This document shows, one piece after another, positions 42,827-53,384 of a stretch of DNA of 64,000 nt; within the stretch, counting starts at the first letter, position 1; every line of letters begins with the position of its first letter. The translations under genes and the position numbers were made by a program. The notes under the pieces are model-generated. The model ran no database searches. It worked only from the letters and a program-made list of their open reading frames with translations, and was not told where the DNA came from. Source of the stretch: an uncultured Gemmatimonadales bacterium (lineage in GTDB: Bacteria > Gemmatimonadota > Gemmatimonadetes > Longimicrobiales > Longimicrobiaceae); the NCBI GenBank assembly GCA_963716255.1, contig OY970303.1, positions 1,408,001 through 1,472,000 of the forward strand, given 5' to 3'.

Positions 42827-43675
42827 TCAGCCCCGCACGGCGGCGGGCATTTCCTCGTACAGCGGCAGGTGCAGGGTGAAGGTGGTCCCCACCCCCGGCT
42901 CCGACTGCACCTCGATCGTCCCCCCGTGCGCCTCCACGATCTCGCGGCAGATGGAAAGACCCAGCCCCATCCCCTTGCCCTTGGTGGAGACGAAGGGCTC
43001 GAAGATCCCCTCCAGGCGGTCCGGCGGGATCCCCGGCCCGTTGTCCGCCACGCGCACCGACGCCATGATGCCCACCCGCTCCACGCCCAGCATCAGCAGC
43101 GCGCCCGGCTGGCCGGCCATGGCCTCGCAGGCGTTGCGGACCAGGTTGTCGAGCGCCTGCTGCAGGTAGTACGCGTCGCCCAGGATGGTGGCTTCCGAAA
43201 CGGCCGACGCGTCCACCCGGATCCCCCGCTCCGCCGCCTCCCGCTCCTCCTGCCGGGCCAGGTGCCGCAGCATGTCGTGCAGGCGCAGCGGCTCCCGCGC
43301 CAGCGCCCGCCGCGAGCCGGACGCGTACACCGACAGCTCGTTGAGCATCGCCACCAGCCGCTGCGACTCCCCCACGATGGCCTCCGACACCTCCCGGCGC
43401 GACACCGGGTCGCCCACGATGCCGTCGTCCATGAGCAGGTCGGCGTGCAGCACGATGGTCTGCAGCGGGTTCTTGACCTGGTGCAGGATGCGCGCGGTGG
43501 CCGTGCCCATTGCGGCCAGCTTCTCCTCCTCCACCCGGTGGCGGATGGTGCGCCGCAGCAGCGCCACCACGACGCCGGCCGCGAACAGCACCACGCTGAG
43601 CACCACCACCACGTTCACCCAGAAGAACAGCTTGGTGTTGGGGAGCGGGCTCTGCTGGACGAGGGCGAGGAGCAT
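42827..43675 (-). CDS. Small membrane-anchored histidine kinase
   Basis: One TM, H-box ILHQVKNPL, NLVRNA, DNGPGI, GMGLGL. Confidence 0.88.
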   Translation of the reverse strand: MLLALVQQSPLPNTKLFFWVNVVVVLSVVLFAAGVVVALLRRTIRHRVEEEKLAAMGTATARILHQVKNPLQTIVLHADLLMDDGIVGDPVSRREVSEAIVGESQRLVAMLNELSVYASGSRRALAREPLRLHDMLRHLARQEEREAAERGIRVDASAVSEATILGDAYYLQQALDNLVRNACEAMAGQPGALLMLGVERVGIMASVRVADNGPGIPPDRLEGIFEPFVSTKGKGMGLGLSICREIVEAHGGTIEVQSEPGVGTTFTLHLPLYEEMPAAVRG

Positions 43676-43722
43676 GGGCGGGGGTGCGGGCCCGGGAACG
43701 GCGGACGCCGGCGGGGACCGGG

Positions 43723-44085
43723 CTAGTCCTCGTCCAGCGCGGCGTCGCCCGTGGCGCGGGTGATGGAGAGCACGACCGTCTCCCCCTGCTCCGGCCCGTC
43801 GGGGACGACGGTCTCGATGGTGATGCGCCGCACCACCTGGCGCGCGTCCTGGACCGCGATCTCCACGTCGATCCCCAGCTCCGGCGCGGTGACGCGGGTC
43901 CGCACGCGGGTCCCGGGGTCCTGCAGCGGGGCGTCCGGGTTGCGGAAGAGAGTCTTGGTGGACTGGCGCCCCGTTTCCAGGTCGCGGGTCACCTTGATCT
44001 GCCGGAACCAGTCGGGCTGGTACCCGATGCGGTACTCGTGCCCGCGCTGGTCCTCGCCCCTCCCGTCACGATTGTGTCGTGCCAT
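43723..44085 (-). CDS. Hypothetical protein
   Basis: 120-aa ORF with strong GC3 bias and a GGAG RBS. Confidence 0.65.
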   Translation of the reverse strand: MARHNRDGRGEDQRGHEYRIGYQPDWFRQIKVTRDLETGRQSTKTLFRNPDAPLQDPGTRVRTRVTAPELGIDVEIAVQDARQVVRRITIETVVPDGPEQGETVVLSITRATGDAALDED

Positions 44086-44211
44086 CCCGAACTCCGCGTA
44101 CGGCGGTCACCTGAGTGCAGCAGTCGACCGGGAATCTCTCCCCACCCCCTCGCCTTGTCAAGAATTCGGCGGAGACGGTGCGTCGAGAATGGACGGCAAC
44201 GGCTTACGGCG

Positions 44212-44355
44212 ACGGCGGGTTCGGGCGTGCCCCCGGCTGGCGCCGGGGTCGGGCTTCGGCTCCGTAACGCACGATAAAACTGTGCGTAACGGAGTCGAGC
44301 CCCGGCGGAAACTGCCCCGCCGGGTCTCGCCCCTCCGGGCCGAAATCCCTCACGC
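44212..44355 (-). repeat. Structured intergenic repeat family A, copy 8
   Basis: Aligns with other A copies; extended module stem CCCGGCGG/CCGCCGGG. Confidence 0.93.
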
Positions 44356-44388
44356 AACGAATTGCCCGTACTCAACATCCAGCAGGTG

Positions 44389-44445
44389 CCCCCTCTCCCA
44401 GAATTGGGACAGGGTGGCGAGCCTCAAGCGAGCCGGGTGAGGGCC
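44389..44445. repeat. REP-like repeat, family C
   Basis: CCCTCTCCCA-GAAT-TGGGACAGGG followed by TGGCGAGCCTCAAGCGAGCCGGGTGAGGG. Confidence 0.75.
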
Positions 44446-44470
44446 GTAGTTGCAGGCTGTTCCCTGTTCC

Positions 44471-45596
44471 CTACAGCGCGAACGGCACCGGGACGAAGGT
44501 GAGCACCAGCATCGCCACGCAGGCCCAGGCCACCAGGCGGCGTGCGCGGGAGAGCGGGTAGGCGGGGTCGAAGACCGGGGGGTGGGCCACCGAGCCGCGG
44601 CCCACCCCCAGAACCAGGCCGGCCCACAGCCACCAGCCCGGCCACAGGAAGCCCAGGAGAAGGAGGAGGGCGAGGAACGCGAGGGCAACGGGGCGCTGGC
44701 GGCGGCCGGCGAGGGCGAACAGCACGTGGCCGCCGTCCAGCTGCGACAGGGGAAAGAGGTTGAGCGCCGTGACGAAGAAGCCCAGCCAGGCGGCGAGCGC
44801 CAGCGGGTGCAGGACCACCGTGCCGGCGCCAGGCGCGAAAAGGAAGGCCAGGGCGTGGAATAGCTAGCGAGCCGCCCACCGGGAGGGCGTCTTCGGTGCC
44901 GACGGGAACCAGGAAGCGGGTCGGGGTGTCGTAAACGGACTCACCCACACTGCTGAGAAGGAGCCCGGCCACGGCGAGCGGGAGCGACAACGCGAAGCTG
45001 GCGAGGGGTCCCGCGGCCCCCACGTCCAGCAGGAGCGCACGGTTGATCATGGGGGAGCGGAGGCGGATGAACGCCCCGAAGGTCCCGATCAGGCTCAGGG
45101 GGAGCGGCGCGGGGATGAAGTACGGGGGCGACACGTCCAGCCGCCGGCGCCGCGCCACCAGGTAGTGCCCCATCTCGTGCGCCAGCAGCACGGCCAGCAG
45201 CGGAAGCGCGAACCACAGTCCGGGAACGACTTGTGCAGGGAGGATCCGCCCCGGAAGCGGGACCGTCCAGGGGCCCAGCGGGACCTCGCGCCAGAGGACG
45301 GCGTCCCGCCCCGCGAACAGGGCCCCGGAGACCGTGGTGGTGACGAGGGTGAGGAGGAGGAGGAGCGCGTGGAGCCACCAGCGCTCCCGGACGGGCGGCG
45401 CGGTCCGCCGGAAGAGGGTGACCTCGGTCCCCATCGGGGTTGCCCGGACGAAGCGGGCACCGGGCCAGCTTTCCAGGAGCGGCAGCACCGGCGGCGCGTC
45501 GGCCGCGAGCCCCGGAAGGAGCACCCCCTGGACGATTTCTTCGCGCCGGAGGGGCACCACCCGGTAGGTGGCGAACACGTTCAACCAGTCAACCAC
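44471..45596 (-). pseudogene. Site-2 protease (M50 family), frameshifted near 44861-44868
   Basis: HEMGH, GTFGAFI and AGP are in one frame; NLFPLSQLDGGH and the C-terminal TMs are in another. Confidence 0.8.
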
Positions 45597-45790
45597 GGAA
45601 CTCTTGACCTCGCCTCGCGTGCGCAGTAGGTTGTGGCCTTCGACCCCGACCACCCGATCTACCCGGCCCTGTGGCGCTACGCGCCTCCCGCCCGCAGGCG
45701 AGTTTCTCCCGGTTTTCCAACGACAACAACGGGTTCGTCGGAGCGCGGTTCATCCGTTCCGCCGTTCCGTAGAGCCATTCGGAGCAATTC

Positions 45791-47044
45791 GTGGACATCA
45801 CGGCACTTAAGTCCAAGACCATCGCTGAGCTGCACGAGATGGCGGAGGGTCTGAACATCTCCAATTACTCGGGGCTGCGCAAGCAGGACCTGATCTACCG
45901 GATCGAGCAGAACCTCCTCGATTCCGAGGTCGTTCTCCGCGGCGAAGGCGTGCTGGAAGTCCTCCCCGAAGGATACGGCTTCCTGCGCTCGCAGGACTGG
46001 AATTACCTGTACGGCCCGGACGACATCTACGTCTCGCCCAGCCAGATCAAGCGCTTCGACCTCCGCACCGGCGACACGGTGCTGGGGCAGGTGCGTCCGC
46101 CCAAGGAGGGCGAGCGCTACCTGGCGCTGCTCAAGGTGGAGCGCGTCAACGGCGACGAGCCGGAAAAGGCGAAGCACCGCATCGCCTTCGACAACCTGCG
46201 CCCCCGCTACCCCGACCAGCGGGTGCGGCTGGAAAGCCGCATCGGCGACCTGTCCATGCGCGTCATGGACCTGATCGCCCCGGTCGGCAAGGGGCAGCGC
46301 GGGCTGATCGTGGCCCCGCCCAAGGCGGGCAAGACGATCCTGATGCAGAAGATGGCCAACGCCATCACCGAGAACCACCCGGAGGTGCACCTCATCGTGC
46401 TGCTCATCGACGAGCGCCCGGAGGAGGTCACCGACATGCAGGAGAACGTCAAGGCGGAGGTGATCTCCTCTACCTTCGACGAGCCGGCCGACCGCCACAC
46501 GCAGGTGGCGGAAATGGTGCTGGAAAAGGCCAAGCGCCTGGTAGAGCACGGCAAGGACGTGGTGATCCTGCTGGACTCCATCACCCGCCTGGCCCGCGCC
46601 TACAACGTGACGGTGCCGCACTCCGGGAAGATCCTTTCGGGCGGCGTGGACGCGCACGCGCTGCACAAGCCCAAGCGCTTCTTCGGCGCGGCCCGCAACA
46701 TCGAGGAGGGCGGCTCGCTCACCATCATCGCCACGGCGCTGGTGGAGACGGGATCGCGCATGGACGAGGTGATCTTCGAGGAGTTCAAGGGCACCGGCAA
46801 CATGGAGCTGGTGCTGGACCGCCACGTCGCGGACAAGCGGATCTTCCCGGCCATCGACCTCAACCGCTCCGGCACCCGCAAGGAGGACCTGCTCCTCAGC
46901 GAGACCGAGATGGCGCGCATCTACCTGCTCCGCAACTTTCTTTCGGACATGCCGCCGGCGGAGGCGATCGAGTTCCTCCTGTCGCGCATGAAGAAGGTGA
47001 AGACGAACCAGGAGTTCCTGGACTCGATGGCGCGCGGCGGATAG
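45791..47044 (+). CDS. rho: Transcription termination factor Rho
   Basis: [64 protein letters not shown]. Confidence 0.97.
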   Translation: MDITALKSKTIAELHEMAEGLNISNYSGLRKQDLIYRIEQNLLDSEVVLRGEGVLEVLPEGYGFLRSQDWNYLYGPDDIYVSPSQIKRFDLRTGDTVLGQVRPPKEGERYLALLKVERVNGDEPEKAKHRIAFDNLRPRYPDQRVRLESRIGDLSMRVMDLIAPVGKGQRGLIVAPPKAGKTILMQKMANAITENHPEVHLIVLLIDERPEEVTDMQENVKAEVISSTFDEPADRHTQVAEMVLEKAKRLVEHGKDVVILLDSITRLARAYNVTVPHSGKILSGGVDAHALHKPKRFFGAARNIEEGGSLTIIATALVETGSRMDEVIFEEFKGTGNMELVLDRHVADKRIFPAIDLNRSGTRKEDLLLSETEMARIYLLRNFLSDMPPAEAIEFLLSRMKKVKTNQEFLDSMARGG

Positions 47045-47065
47045 AACGGCGGAGCGCGAAGTGCG

Positions 47066-47104
47066 AAAGTGCGGGACGGCCCCAGGGTCGTCCCGCACTT
47101 TTTT
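47066..47104 (+). terminator. Intrinsic terminator after rho
   Basis: GTGCGGGACGGCCC-CA-GGGTCGTCCCGCAC followed by TTTTTT. Confidence 0.8.
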
Positions 47105-47114
47105 CGTTGCAGTG

Positions 47115-47160
47115 CTCCCCCTCTCCCGCTTGCGGGGGAGGGGGCCGGGGGGAGGGGGCC
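47115..47160. repeat. REP-like palindromic repeat, family C
   Basis: CCCCCTCTCCCGC-TT-GCGGGGGAGGGGG followed by CCGGGGGGAGGGG. Confidence 0.7.
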
Positions 47161-47167
47161 TGCCGTT

Positions 47168-47307
47168 GCGTGAGGGATTTCGGCCCGAAGGGGCGAGACC
47201 CGCGGGCAGTTTCGCGGGGCTCGACTCCGTTACGCAGCGTTGTTTGCTGCGTTACGGAGCCGAAGCCCGACCCCGGCGCCAGCCGGGGGCACGCCCGAAC
47301 CCGCCGT
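47168..47307 (+). repeat. Structured intergenic repeat family A, copy 9
   Basis: Central stem variant CGCAGC/GCTGCG. Confidence 0.95.
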
Positions 47308-47316
47308 GATCTTCGT

Positions 47317-47874
47317 TCAGCGGCCGTCCGCGATCGCCAGCTCGTAAGCCGGGTGCACGACCAGCTCCCCCTCGTCGGAAACGACCTGGCGGTCCCAGGG
47401 AAAGACGATCAGCGAGCCCGTCTCCAGGGCGAAGTAGTCGGGGCGATAGCCGCCGGGCTTGACGAAGCTGGTGGCGGTGCGCACGTCGGAGGGGCCCTGC
47501 TCGCGCACGTGGTGAAGCGCCAGGCGCAGGGTGTCGCCGCTGGTGGTGATCTCGTCCACGATGAGCGCCCGCCTGCCGCGCACCTGCCGCGGCGCCTCGG
47601 ACATCAGCTCCGGGTAGGTGCGCACCACTTCGCCCTGCTCGCGCCGGGAGATCTTCAGGCTGTAGAAGTCCACCTGCAGGATGCTGGCGATGACCGCGGC
47701 GGGGAGCACCCCGGCCGTGGCGATGCCGACGACCACTTCGGGGTCGTACTCGCGCGCGACCCGCAGCGCCAGCACGCGGCAGAGCTCGCCGAACAGCTCC
47801 CAGGACAGCTCGAACGCGGGCTGCTGGCCGCCCGGCGCGAGCTGGGCGGTCGGGTCGAATACGGTGTAGGGCAT
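47317..47874 (-). CDS. Type I phosphoribosyltransferase
   Basis: VVVGIA..G, LIVDEITTSG.T PRPP loop, IVFPW. Confidence 0.88.
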   Translation of the reverse strand: MPYTVFDPTAQLAPGGQQPAFELSWELFGELCRVLALRVAREYDPEVVVGIATAGVLPAAVIASILQVDFYSLKISRREQGEVVRTYPELMSEAPRQVRGRRALIVDEITTSGDTLRLALHHVREQGPSDVRTATSFVKPGGYRPDYFALETGSLIVFPWDRQVVSDEGELVVHPAYELAIADGR

Positions 47875-48087
47875 GCGGACCTCCGGGCTGGGGGGGACGG
47901 GGCTGGCGCGCGCCTCAACATTCGTGCCCGACACCCGCAATATAGCGCGCGCGGCGCCGCGGACCACCGGGATCTTCCCCGCGCGTCCGTCGGCCGTGTC
48001 CGGCCGCGGACACCGCGGGCGCGGGTGGCGTACGCCGGGGCGGCCGCGTAGCTTGGGGCGCACGGACCCCCCACCTTCCAGGGCGAC

Positions 48088-48528
48088 ATGGCGACACAGG
48101 AGATCCGCGACCGGGCGGACCGGCGCTTCGAGGAGGCGCTGAAGCAGACGGGGGCGCGCGACCCGCGCGACTTCTACCGCAGGCGCCTCAAGGAGCTTCG
48201 CGAGCAGGACGCGGACGCCTTCAAGCGGGCGCTCGGCTACTTCGAGGAGCGGCTGATCCCCGCCGTGGCCGCGGAGGATTCGGACCCGGTGGCGGAGTGG
48301 CTGGAGTACGGCCGCTACCTGGCCGGGCTCGCCGCCCGCGGGACGACGATGCAGGTGGACCCCACGGGGGTGGCCCTTCCCTACGCGCCGCCGGTCCCCC
48401 GCGACCACCTGGTGCTGCACCTGCCGGACGCCGCGAGCGCGAAGGCGCTGGTAGTGGGAATTCCGCCGGAGCTGTCCCCCGCCCAGCGCGCCACCTACGA
48501 CCTGCTGGTGAGCGGCTCGCAGGGGTAG
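48088..48528 (+). CDS. Hypothetical protein
   Basis: 146-aa ORF with strong GC3 bias. Confidence 0.7.
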   Translation: MATQEIRDRADRRFEEALKQTGARDPRDFYRRRLKELREQDADAFKRALGYFEERLIPAVAAEDSDPVAEWLEYGRYLAGLAARGTTMQVDPTGVALPYAPPVPRDHLVLHLPDAASAKALVVGIPPELSPAQRATYDLLVSGSQG

Positions 48529-48645
48529 GGAGTGAGGCAAATGGCGGCTGCGTAGCGTTCTACCCCCGGTCGCCTCCCTTGCCCGTCCCCTTCCGAAGCG
48601 GCATTCTTCCCCTCCGAAACATCCGCGGTACCGGCAAGGAGAGAG

Positions 48646-49461
48646 GTGGATTTGCAGGCCCTGGTCATCGTCGGACACGGCTCGCACCTGAACGCCGAAT
48701 CGAGCGCACCCGTCTACCGCCACGCGGAGGCGATCCGCGCGCTCGGCGTTTTCGACGAGGTGCGCGAGTGCTTCTGGAAGGAGGAGCCCTCCATGCGGGA
48801 GGTCTTCGACCTGCTGGAGTCGGAGGAGGTGTACGTGGTCCCGCTCTTCATCTCGGAGGGGTACTTCACGGAGGAGGTCATCCCCCGCGAGCTGGGGCTG
48901 GACGGCCCGGCCCCGTCCACCACGCGCAGGCCGGGCAGGACCATCCGCTACTGCGGGCCCATCGGCACGCACCCGTGGATGACGCGCATGATCCTGCGCC
49001 GCGCGGAGGAGGGCGCGGGGCTCACGGACGAGGAGGCGCGCGGGACGGGGCTGGTGATCATCGGCCACGGGACGGAGCGCAACTCCAACTCGCAGGAGGT
49101 GATCTACCGGGTGAGCCGCGAGGCGGACGCGGCGGGGGTCTTCGGGCACGTGCGCACCGGCTTCCTGGACCAGGCGCCGGAGGTGGGCGAGGTGCTGGCG
49201 GAGATGGAGGAGCGGCGCGTGGTGCTGGTGCCGTTCTTCGTGGCGGAGGGGTGGCACACGCAGGAGACCATCCCGGACGACCTGGGGATCAACCGCCCGG
49301 CGGTGTCGGCGGTGACGGAGGTGGACGGGCGCACGGTGTTCTACGCGGCGCCTGTGGGGACCTTCCCGGAGGTGGCTGAGATCGTGCTGCAGCGCGCCCG
49401 CGAGGCGGGGGCGCGGGTCCCGGAGTCGGCGGCCTTCGCGGCGGGAGGCGCGGGTGTCTGA
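48646..49461 (+). CDS. CbiX/SirB-like chelatase-fold protein (two CbiX repeats)
   Basis: LVIVGHGSH, FWKEEP, VVPLFISEGYF, IGHGT, VPFFVAEGWH. Confidence 0.85.
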   Translation: MDLQALVIVGHGSHLNAESSAPVYRHAEAIRALGVFDEVRECFWKEEPSMREVFDLLESEEVYVVPLFISEGYFTEEVIPRELGLDGPAPSTTRRPGRTIRYCGPIGTHPWMTRMILRRAEEGAGLTDEEARGTGLVIIGHGTERNSNSQEVIYRVSREADAAGVFGHVRTGFLDQAPEVGEVLAEMEERRVVLVPFFVAEGWHTQETIPDDLGINRPAVSAVTEVDGRTVFYAAPVGTFPEVAEIVLQRAREAGARVPESAAFAAGGAGV

Positions 49462-50389
49462 CGCGGCGGCGGTGCGGGGAGTGCACGCTCCGGCGGGGGT
49501 GGCGGCGGCGCGCGCGGCGCTGCTCGCCTGGGTGGACGAGGCGGAGGCGGAGGGGCGGACGTTCCTCCAGGCGCACCTGCGCGCCACGGGCGGGGGCCGC
49601 TACGAAGTGCGCCACGCGCGCGACGCGTCCGTCCCGCTGGACGCGCTGGAGGTGGGCACGGACCCGTTCGCGGCGCGCGGGATCGCGCAGACCACGGACG
49701 CGGGGGAGCACCGCCCGCTGAAGACGTCGCCCAACCTGCGGGGCGGCTGGGCGCTGGTGGGATTGGACGGGCGCGGGCTGTGGACGGCGCTGGACTACCT
49801 GTACCCGGCGTGCGCGGCGCACTGGCACGCGGGGCGCACGGGGACGCTGCGCCCCACGCACTGGCGGGAGACGGCGGGGCGGCAGAGCGGGATGTACTCG
49901 CCGGTGAAGCTCCTCGCGGACGACGTGGTGCGGAACACGGCCCGGGCCTGTTGTGGCGACGCGGTGTGCCTGCGCCGGGTGGCGTGGCGGATCGACGCGG
50001 ACACGCCGCTGGGGATGGCGGACGAGGGGCCGCCGGCGGGCGACGCCGCGGTCCCCTGCCCCGAGGCGTGCTCCATGTTCGTGGCCTTTTCGCGCAAGGT
50101 GCTGACGCTGGAGCGCGCCCCCCGCCGCGAGGTTCCCGGGTTGGCGCCCATGAGCGCGGCGGAGCTGGAGCAGCTGCGCGAGGTGGTGGCGGCCGCGGCC
50201 GCGGGGACGCCGGGCGCCGTCCGCGAGGGCGAGTTCGACGCGCCCACCAACCCGCGCCGCGTCCGCTACCTGGCCGCGCGCCTGGCGGAGGCGGCGGCGG
50301 ACGACGCGCCCGCGGTGGCGGCGGAGCTCCCCTGCGAGGGGTGCCCGCGCGCTGCTCCCTGCGCCGCGTGCCCGCTGGCCGCCGCCTGA
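49454..50389 (+). CDS. DR2241 family protein (putative Fe-S)
   Basis: [29 protein letters not shown]...C.R..AW, PCPEACS; overlaps the CbiX stop. Confidence 0.75.
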   Translation: MSDAAAVRGVHAPAGVAAARAALLAWVDEAEAEGRTFLQAHLRATGGGRYEVRHARDASVPLDALEVGTDPFAARGIAQTTDAGEHRPLKTSPNLRGGWALVGLDGRGLWTALDYLYPACAAHWHAGRTGTLRPTHWRETAGRQSGMYSPVKLLADDVVRNTARACCGDAVCLRRVAWRIDADTPLGMADEGPPAGDAAVPCPEACSMFVAFSRKVLTLERAPRREVPGLAPMSAAELEQLREVVAAAAAGTPGAVREGEFDAPTNPRRVRYLAARLAEAAADDAPAVAAELPCEGCPRAAPCAACPLAAA

Positions 50390-50409
50390 ACCTCTTTCCG
50401 CGGAGACGC

Positions 50410-51279
50410 ATGACCCCCGAGACCCCGGCCACCTCGCCCGCCCTGAGCCTCACCCGCTGGGAGCTGCGCCCGCGCGACGGGCAGCCGCCCATCCGCGGCG
50501 ACGTGCGCGTCCTCGCCGGCACCGCCCCGCGCTCGGCGGTGGTGGTCTGCCACGGCTTCAAGGGCTTCCGCGGCTGGGGCTTCTTCCCGGCGGTGGCGCG
50601 GGCGCTGGCGCGCGCGGGGCACGCGGCGCTCACCTTCGACTTCTCGCGGAACGGGGTGGGTGCGGACGGGGCGGACTTCTCGGCGCTGGAGCTGTTCCGC
50701 GAGAACACCCACACGCGCGACGTGGACGAGATCCGCATGGTGCTGGACGCGCTCCGCGGCGGCGTGCTCACCCGGCGGGCGCCGCTGCGCATGGGGCTGC
50801 TGGGGCACTCGCGCGGCGGCGGCGAGGCGGTGCTGGCCGCGGCGGAGGACCCCCGGGTGGACGCGCTGGTGACGTGGGCCGCGATCTCGGACATCCCGGC
50901 GCGGTGGACGGAGGCGCAGGTGGCGGCGTGGCGGCGCGGCGAGACGGTGGAGATCGTGAACCAGCGCACGGGGCAGCCGATGCCCATCGGGCCGGCGTAC
51001 TGGCGCGACGTGGAGATGAACCGGGAGCGGCTGGACATCCTGGCCGCGGCGGAGTCGCTCACCATTCCCTGGCTGATCGTGCACGGCGAGGACGACGCTT
51101 CGGTTGCGGAGGAGGAGGGGCGGGCGCTGTTCGACGCGGCGGGCGAGGAGACGGAGCTGCTGCTGGTGGAGGGGACGGGGCACACCTTCGGGGCGGTGCA
51201 CCCCTACGCGGGGGCCACGCCGGAGCTGCGGGCGGCGGCGGACGCCACCGTGGAGTGGTTCGGCCGGCACCTCGTCTGA
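50410..51279 (+). CDS. Alpha/beta hydrolase
   Basis: CHGFKGF..WG.F, GHSRGG, VHG.DD, GHTF. Confidence 0.88.
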   Translation: MTPETPATSPALSLTRWELRPRDGQPPIRGDVRVLAGTAPRSAVVVCHGFKGFRGWGFFPAVARALARAGHAALTFDFSRNGVGADGADFSALELFRENTHTRDVDEIRMVLDALRGGVLTRRAPLRMGLLGHSRGGGEAVLAAAEDPRVDALVTWAAISDIPARWTEAQVAAWRRGETVEIVNQRTGQPMPIGPAYWRDVEMNRERLDILAAAESLTIPWLIVHGEDDASVAEEEGRALFDAAGEETELLLVEGTGHTFGAVHPYAGATPELRAAADATVEWFGRHLV

Positions 51280-51398
51280 CCGGCCCGGCGGGGCCGTCCC
51301 GCACCGTGGACAACCCGCTACGGGCCTGTTATTCTACGCCCGGCCCAGCGACCGCACGCACGAGCGAACCAACCAACCACGCCGTTCCGGAGAGCAAC

Positions 51399-51635
51399 AT
51401 GCCGTACGTGATCACCGAGCCGTGCATCGGGACCAAGGACGCGAGCTGCGTCGAGGTCTGCCCGGTGGACTGCATCTACGAGGCCGAGGATATGTACTAC
51501 ATCAACCCGGACGAGTGCATCGACTGCGGCGCGTGCGAGCCGGAATGTCCCGTCAGCGCGATCTTCCCCGATACGGACGTGCCGCCCGAGTGGTCGTCGT
51601 ACATCGAGAAGAACCGCGCGCTGTCCGACAAGTAG
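51399..51635 (+). CDS. Ferredoxin (7Fe/4Fe-4S dicluster type)
   Basis: [22 protein letters not shown]...[15 protein letters not shown]. Confidence 0.93.
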   Translation: MPYVITEPCIGTKDASCVEVCPVDCIYEAEDMYYINPDECIDCGACEPECPVSAIFPDTDVPPEWSSYIEKNRALSDK

Positions 51636-51667
51636 ATCGCGGGCCGTCCGGACGACCTAGAGGTTAG

Positions 51668-51700
51668 AAGAGGGCGCCTCCTGCGTGGGGGCGCCCTCTT
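51668..51700 (+). terminator. Hairpin terminator after ferredoxin
   Basis: AAGAGGGCGCCTCC-TGCGT-GGGGGCGCCCTCTT. Confidence 0.65.
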
Positions 51701-51852
51701 CCTGCCTTCGTGCCTCGGGACCGTGCCGTGGCGGTCGGGGTGGGGGTGCTCTCCGGAAAGAGTCAATGCCCCGCCCCGCCGCCACCCCCCCGACTCTTTC
51801 CTCCGACCACCCCCACACCCTCCCTCGGGCCTCCCGGCGGCCGCGGGACAAG

Positions 51853-51900
51853 CTCCCCTCCCCCGCTTGCGGGGGAGGGGCTGGGGGTGGGGGGCCACCC
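51853..51900. repeat. REP-like palindromic repeat, family C
   Basis: CCCCTCCCCCGC-TT-GCGGGGGAGGGG followed by CTGGGGGTGGGGG. Confidence 0.65.
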
Positions 51901-51957
51901 CCGCCAACGGCACGGACCCGCCCCCACGCGCGCCGTTCGCCGTTCGTGCAGTTCCGC

Positions 51958-52125
51958 CGTTCGGCCGTTCCGCAGTACCCCTCGAATCTTCTGCGGAGGG
52001 AGACTCACGCGGCCGTTTGCGTGAGGCTCCCGCAGCCGGAGCGGAGACAGCGGGGCCGTTTCCGCTGGCTCCGCGACCCGCGCAGGAAACAGGCCGGCTG
52101 TTTGGCCTGGTTCCGGAGCGGCCCC
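51958..52125 (+). repeat. Structured intergenic repeat family B, copy 3
   Basis: Nearly identical to 6524-6689. Confidence 0.9.
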
Positions 52126-52145
52126 AAAGCCGAGGCATCACCAAC

Positions 52146-53384
52146 TTACCCCCCTCGCTCCATCGGTCGCTCCCAGTCGCGGAGATGGTTCAGAAGGTAG
52201 TCGATGCCGAACACGTGCCGGCTGCGGTCGTCGTCGCGGCGGAAGATCACCGCGGCCCAGCCGTGCATGCCCGTGGGCGTGTAGCGGCGGCCGTGCATCC
52301 ACAGCTTCTGGCCGGAGATGGCGCGGATCAGCACGCGCTCGTAGCGGGAACGGGACAGCTCGTGCTCGGGGAACAGGTTGTCCCAGGTGCACAGGCGGCC
52401 CACGTCGTCGTACTCGGGCGGGCGCTCGTCCAGGTCCAGCAGCGAGGGGGCCCGCCCGCGCATCACGGAGCCGATGAGCCGGAAGGTGAACGGGTCGGAG
52501 ACGCGGCGCACGGGGTGCCAGAAGTGCTTGACGGTGAGCCCGGCGATGGCGCGCAGCGAGAGGCGCCGCCCGTCCGTGGTGTCCCACAGCGGGGTGTCGG
52601 GGTCGGAGGTGAAGGGGTCGCGCGGGTAGCACTCGCCCTTGGCCAGCCACCCCTTGCGCGAGGTGTGCGGGATGGGCCGGTAGCCGGCGATCACCGGCAG
52701 CCCGATGCGGTCCAGCATCTCCAGGCCGAAGGAGGGCCAGGCCATCACCTCGCGCACGATCCCCACGATGAGGGTTCCCGTGGCGATCATCAGCGAGGCG
52801 CTGGGGGTGAAGTCCACGGTGATCTCGATGCGGTCGCCGCGAGGGCGCACCCCCACCCCGGTGGAGCGCCGGTTGGTGGCCAGCATCATCACCGGCGCGG
52901 GGAGGATGTACGACAGCAGCAGCGCCAGCTTGTTGACGGTGCGGCTGCGGCCCTGGGCCTCGCGCGGGAGCTCGAAGGAGATGTTGTAGTGGGCGCTGAA
53001 GCCCACCAGGCGCACTTCGCGGCCGCTGCGGTGCTCCCAGTGGTCCAGCTCGCCGCGCAGGTACAGGATGGACTCCCACAGCGAGCGCCCGGCCCGGGCG
53101 GCGGCGCCGCGCTCGATCTCGATGACGGGGGTGGCGACCTCGATCACGCCGGTGTCGAAGTACACGGCCCCGCCGGTGGGGAGGTGGTAGGAGGTCCCCA
53201 CGCGGTGCATCAGCCTGTCGCGCACGAAGGCGCGCGGGTCGCCGAACAGGTCCTCGGGGCGCACGGGCTCGCCGTCCACCATCACCGAGAACTCGGCTTC
53301 CATCCCCATGGCGGCCAGCTCCAGCCTGCCGCCGCCCGCGGGCGCCCGGTCCCCGCCCGTCTTCTTGGCTTCGTTCTGCATCAT
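52146..53384 (-). CDS. PafA/Dop-like carboxylate-amine ligase superfamily protein
   Basis: MGMEAEF (cf. GhExE), LPTGGAVYFDTGVIEVATP (cf. L.NG.R.Y.D..HPEY.TPE), GFSAHYN (cf. G.HENY); ATGA-coupled to the upstream gene. Confidence 0.65.
   Translation of the reverse strand: MMQNEAKKTGGDRAPAGGGRLELAAMGMEAEFSVMVDGEPVRPEDLFGDPRAFVRDRLMHRVGTSYHLPTGGAVYFDTGVIEVATPVIEIERGAAARAGRSLWESILYLRGELDHWEHRSGREVRLVGFSAHYNISFELPREAQGRSRTVNKLALLLSYILPAPVMMLATNRRSTGVGVRPRGDRIEITVDFTPSASLMIATGTLIVGIVREVMAWPSFGLEMLDRIGLPVIAGYRPIPHTSRKGWLAKGECYPRDPFTSDPDTPLWDTTDGRRLSLRAIAGLTVKHFWHPVRRVSDPFTFRLIGSVMRGRAPSLLDLDERPPEYDDVGRLCTWDNLFPEHELSRSRYERVLIRAISGQKLWMHGRRYTPTGMHGWAAVIFRRDDDRSRHVFGIDYLLNHLRDWERPMERGG

Noticed and set aside
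52146..53384. Complete pupylation/UBact-proteasome system
   Set aside because: No tag peptide, ARC/Mpa ATPase or proteasome subunit is visible in the window; only a ligase-like fold is supported.
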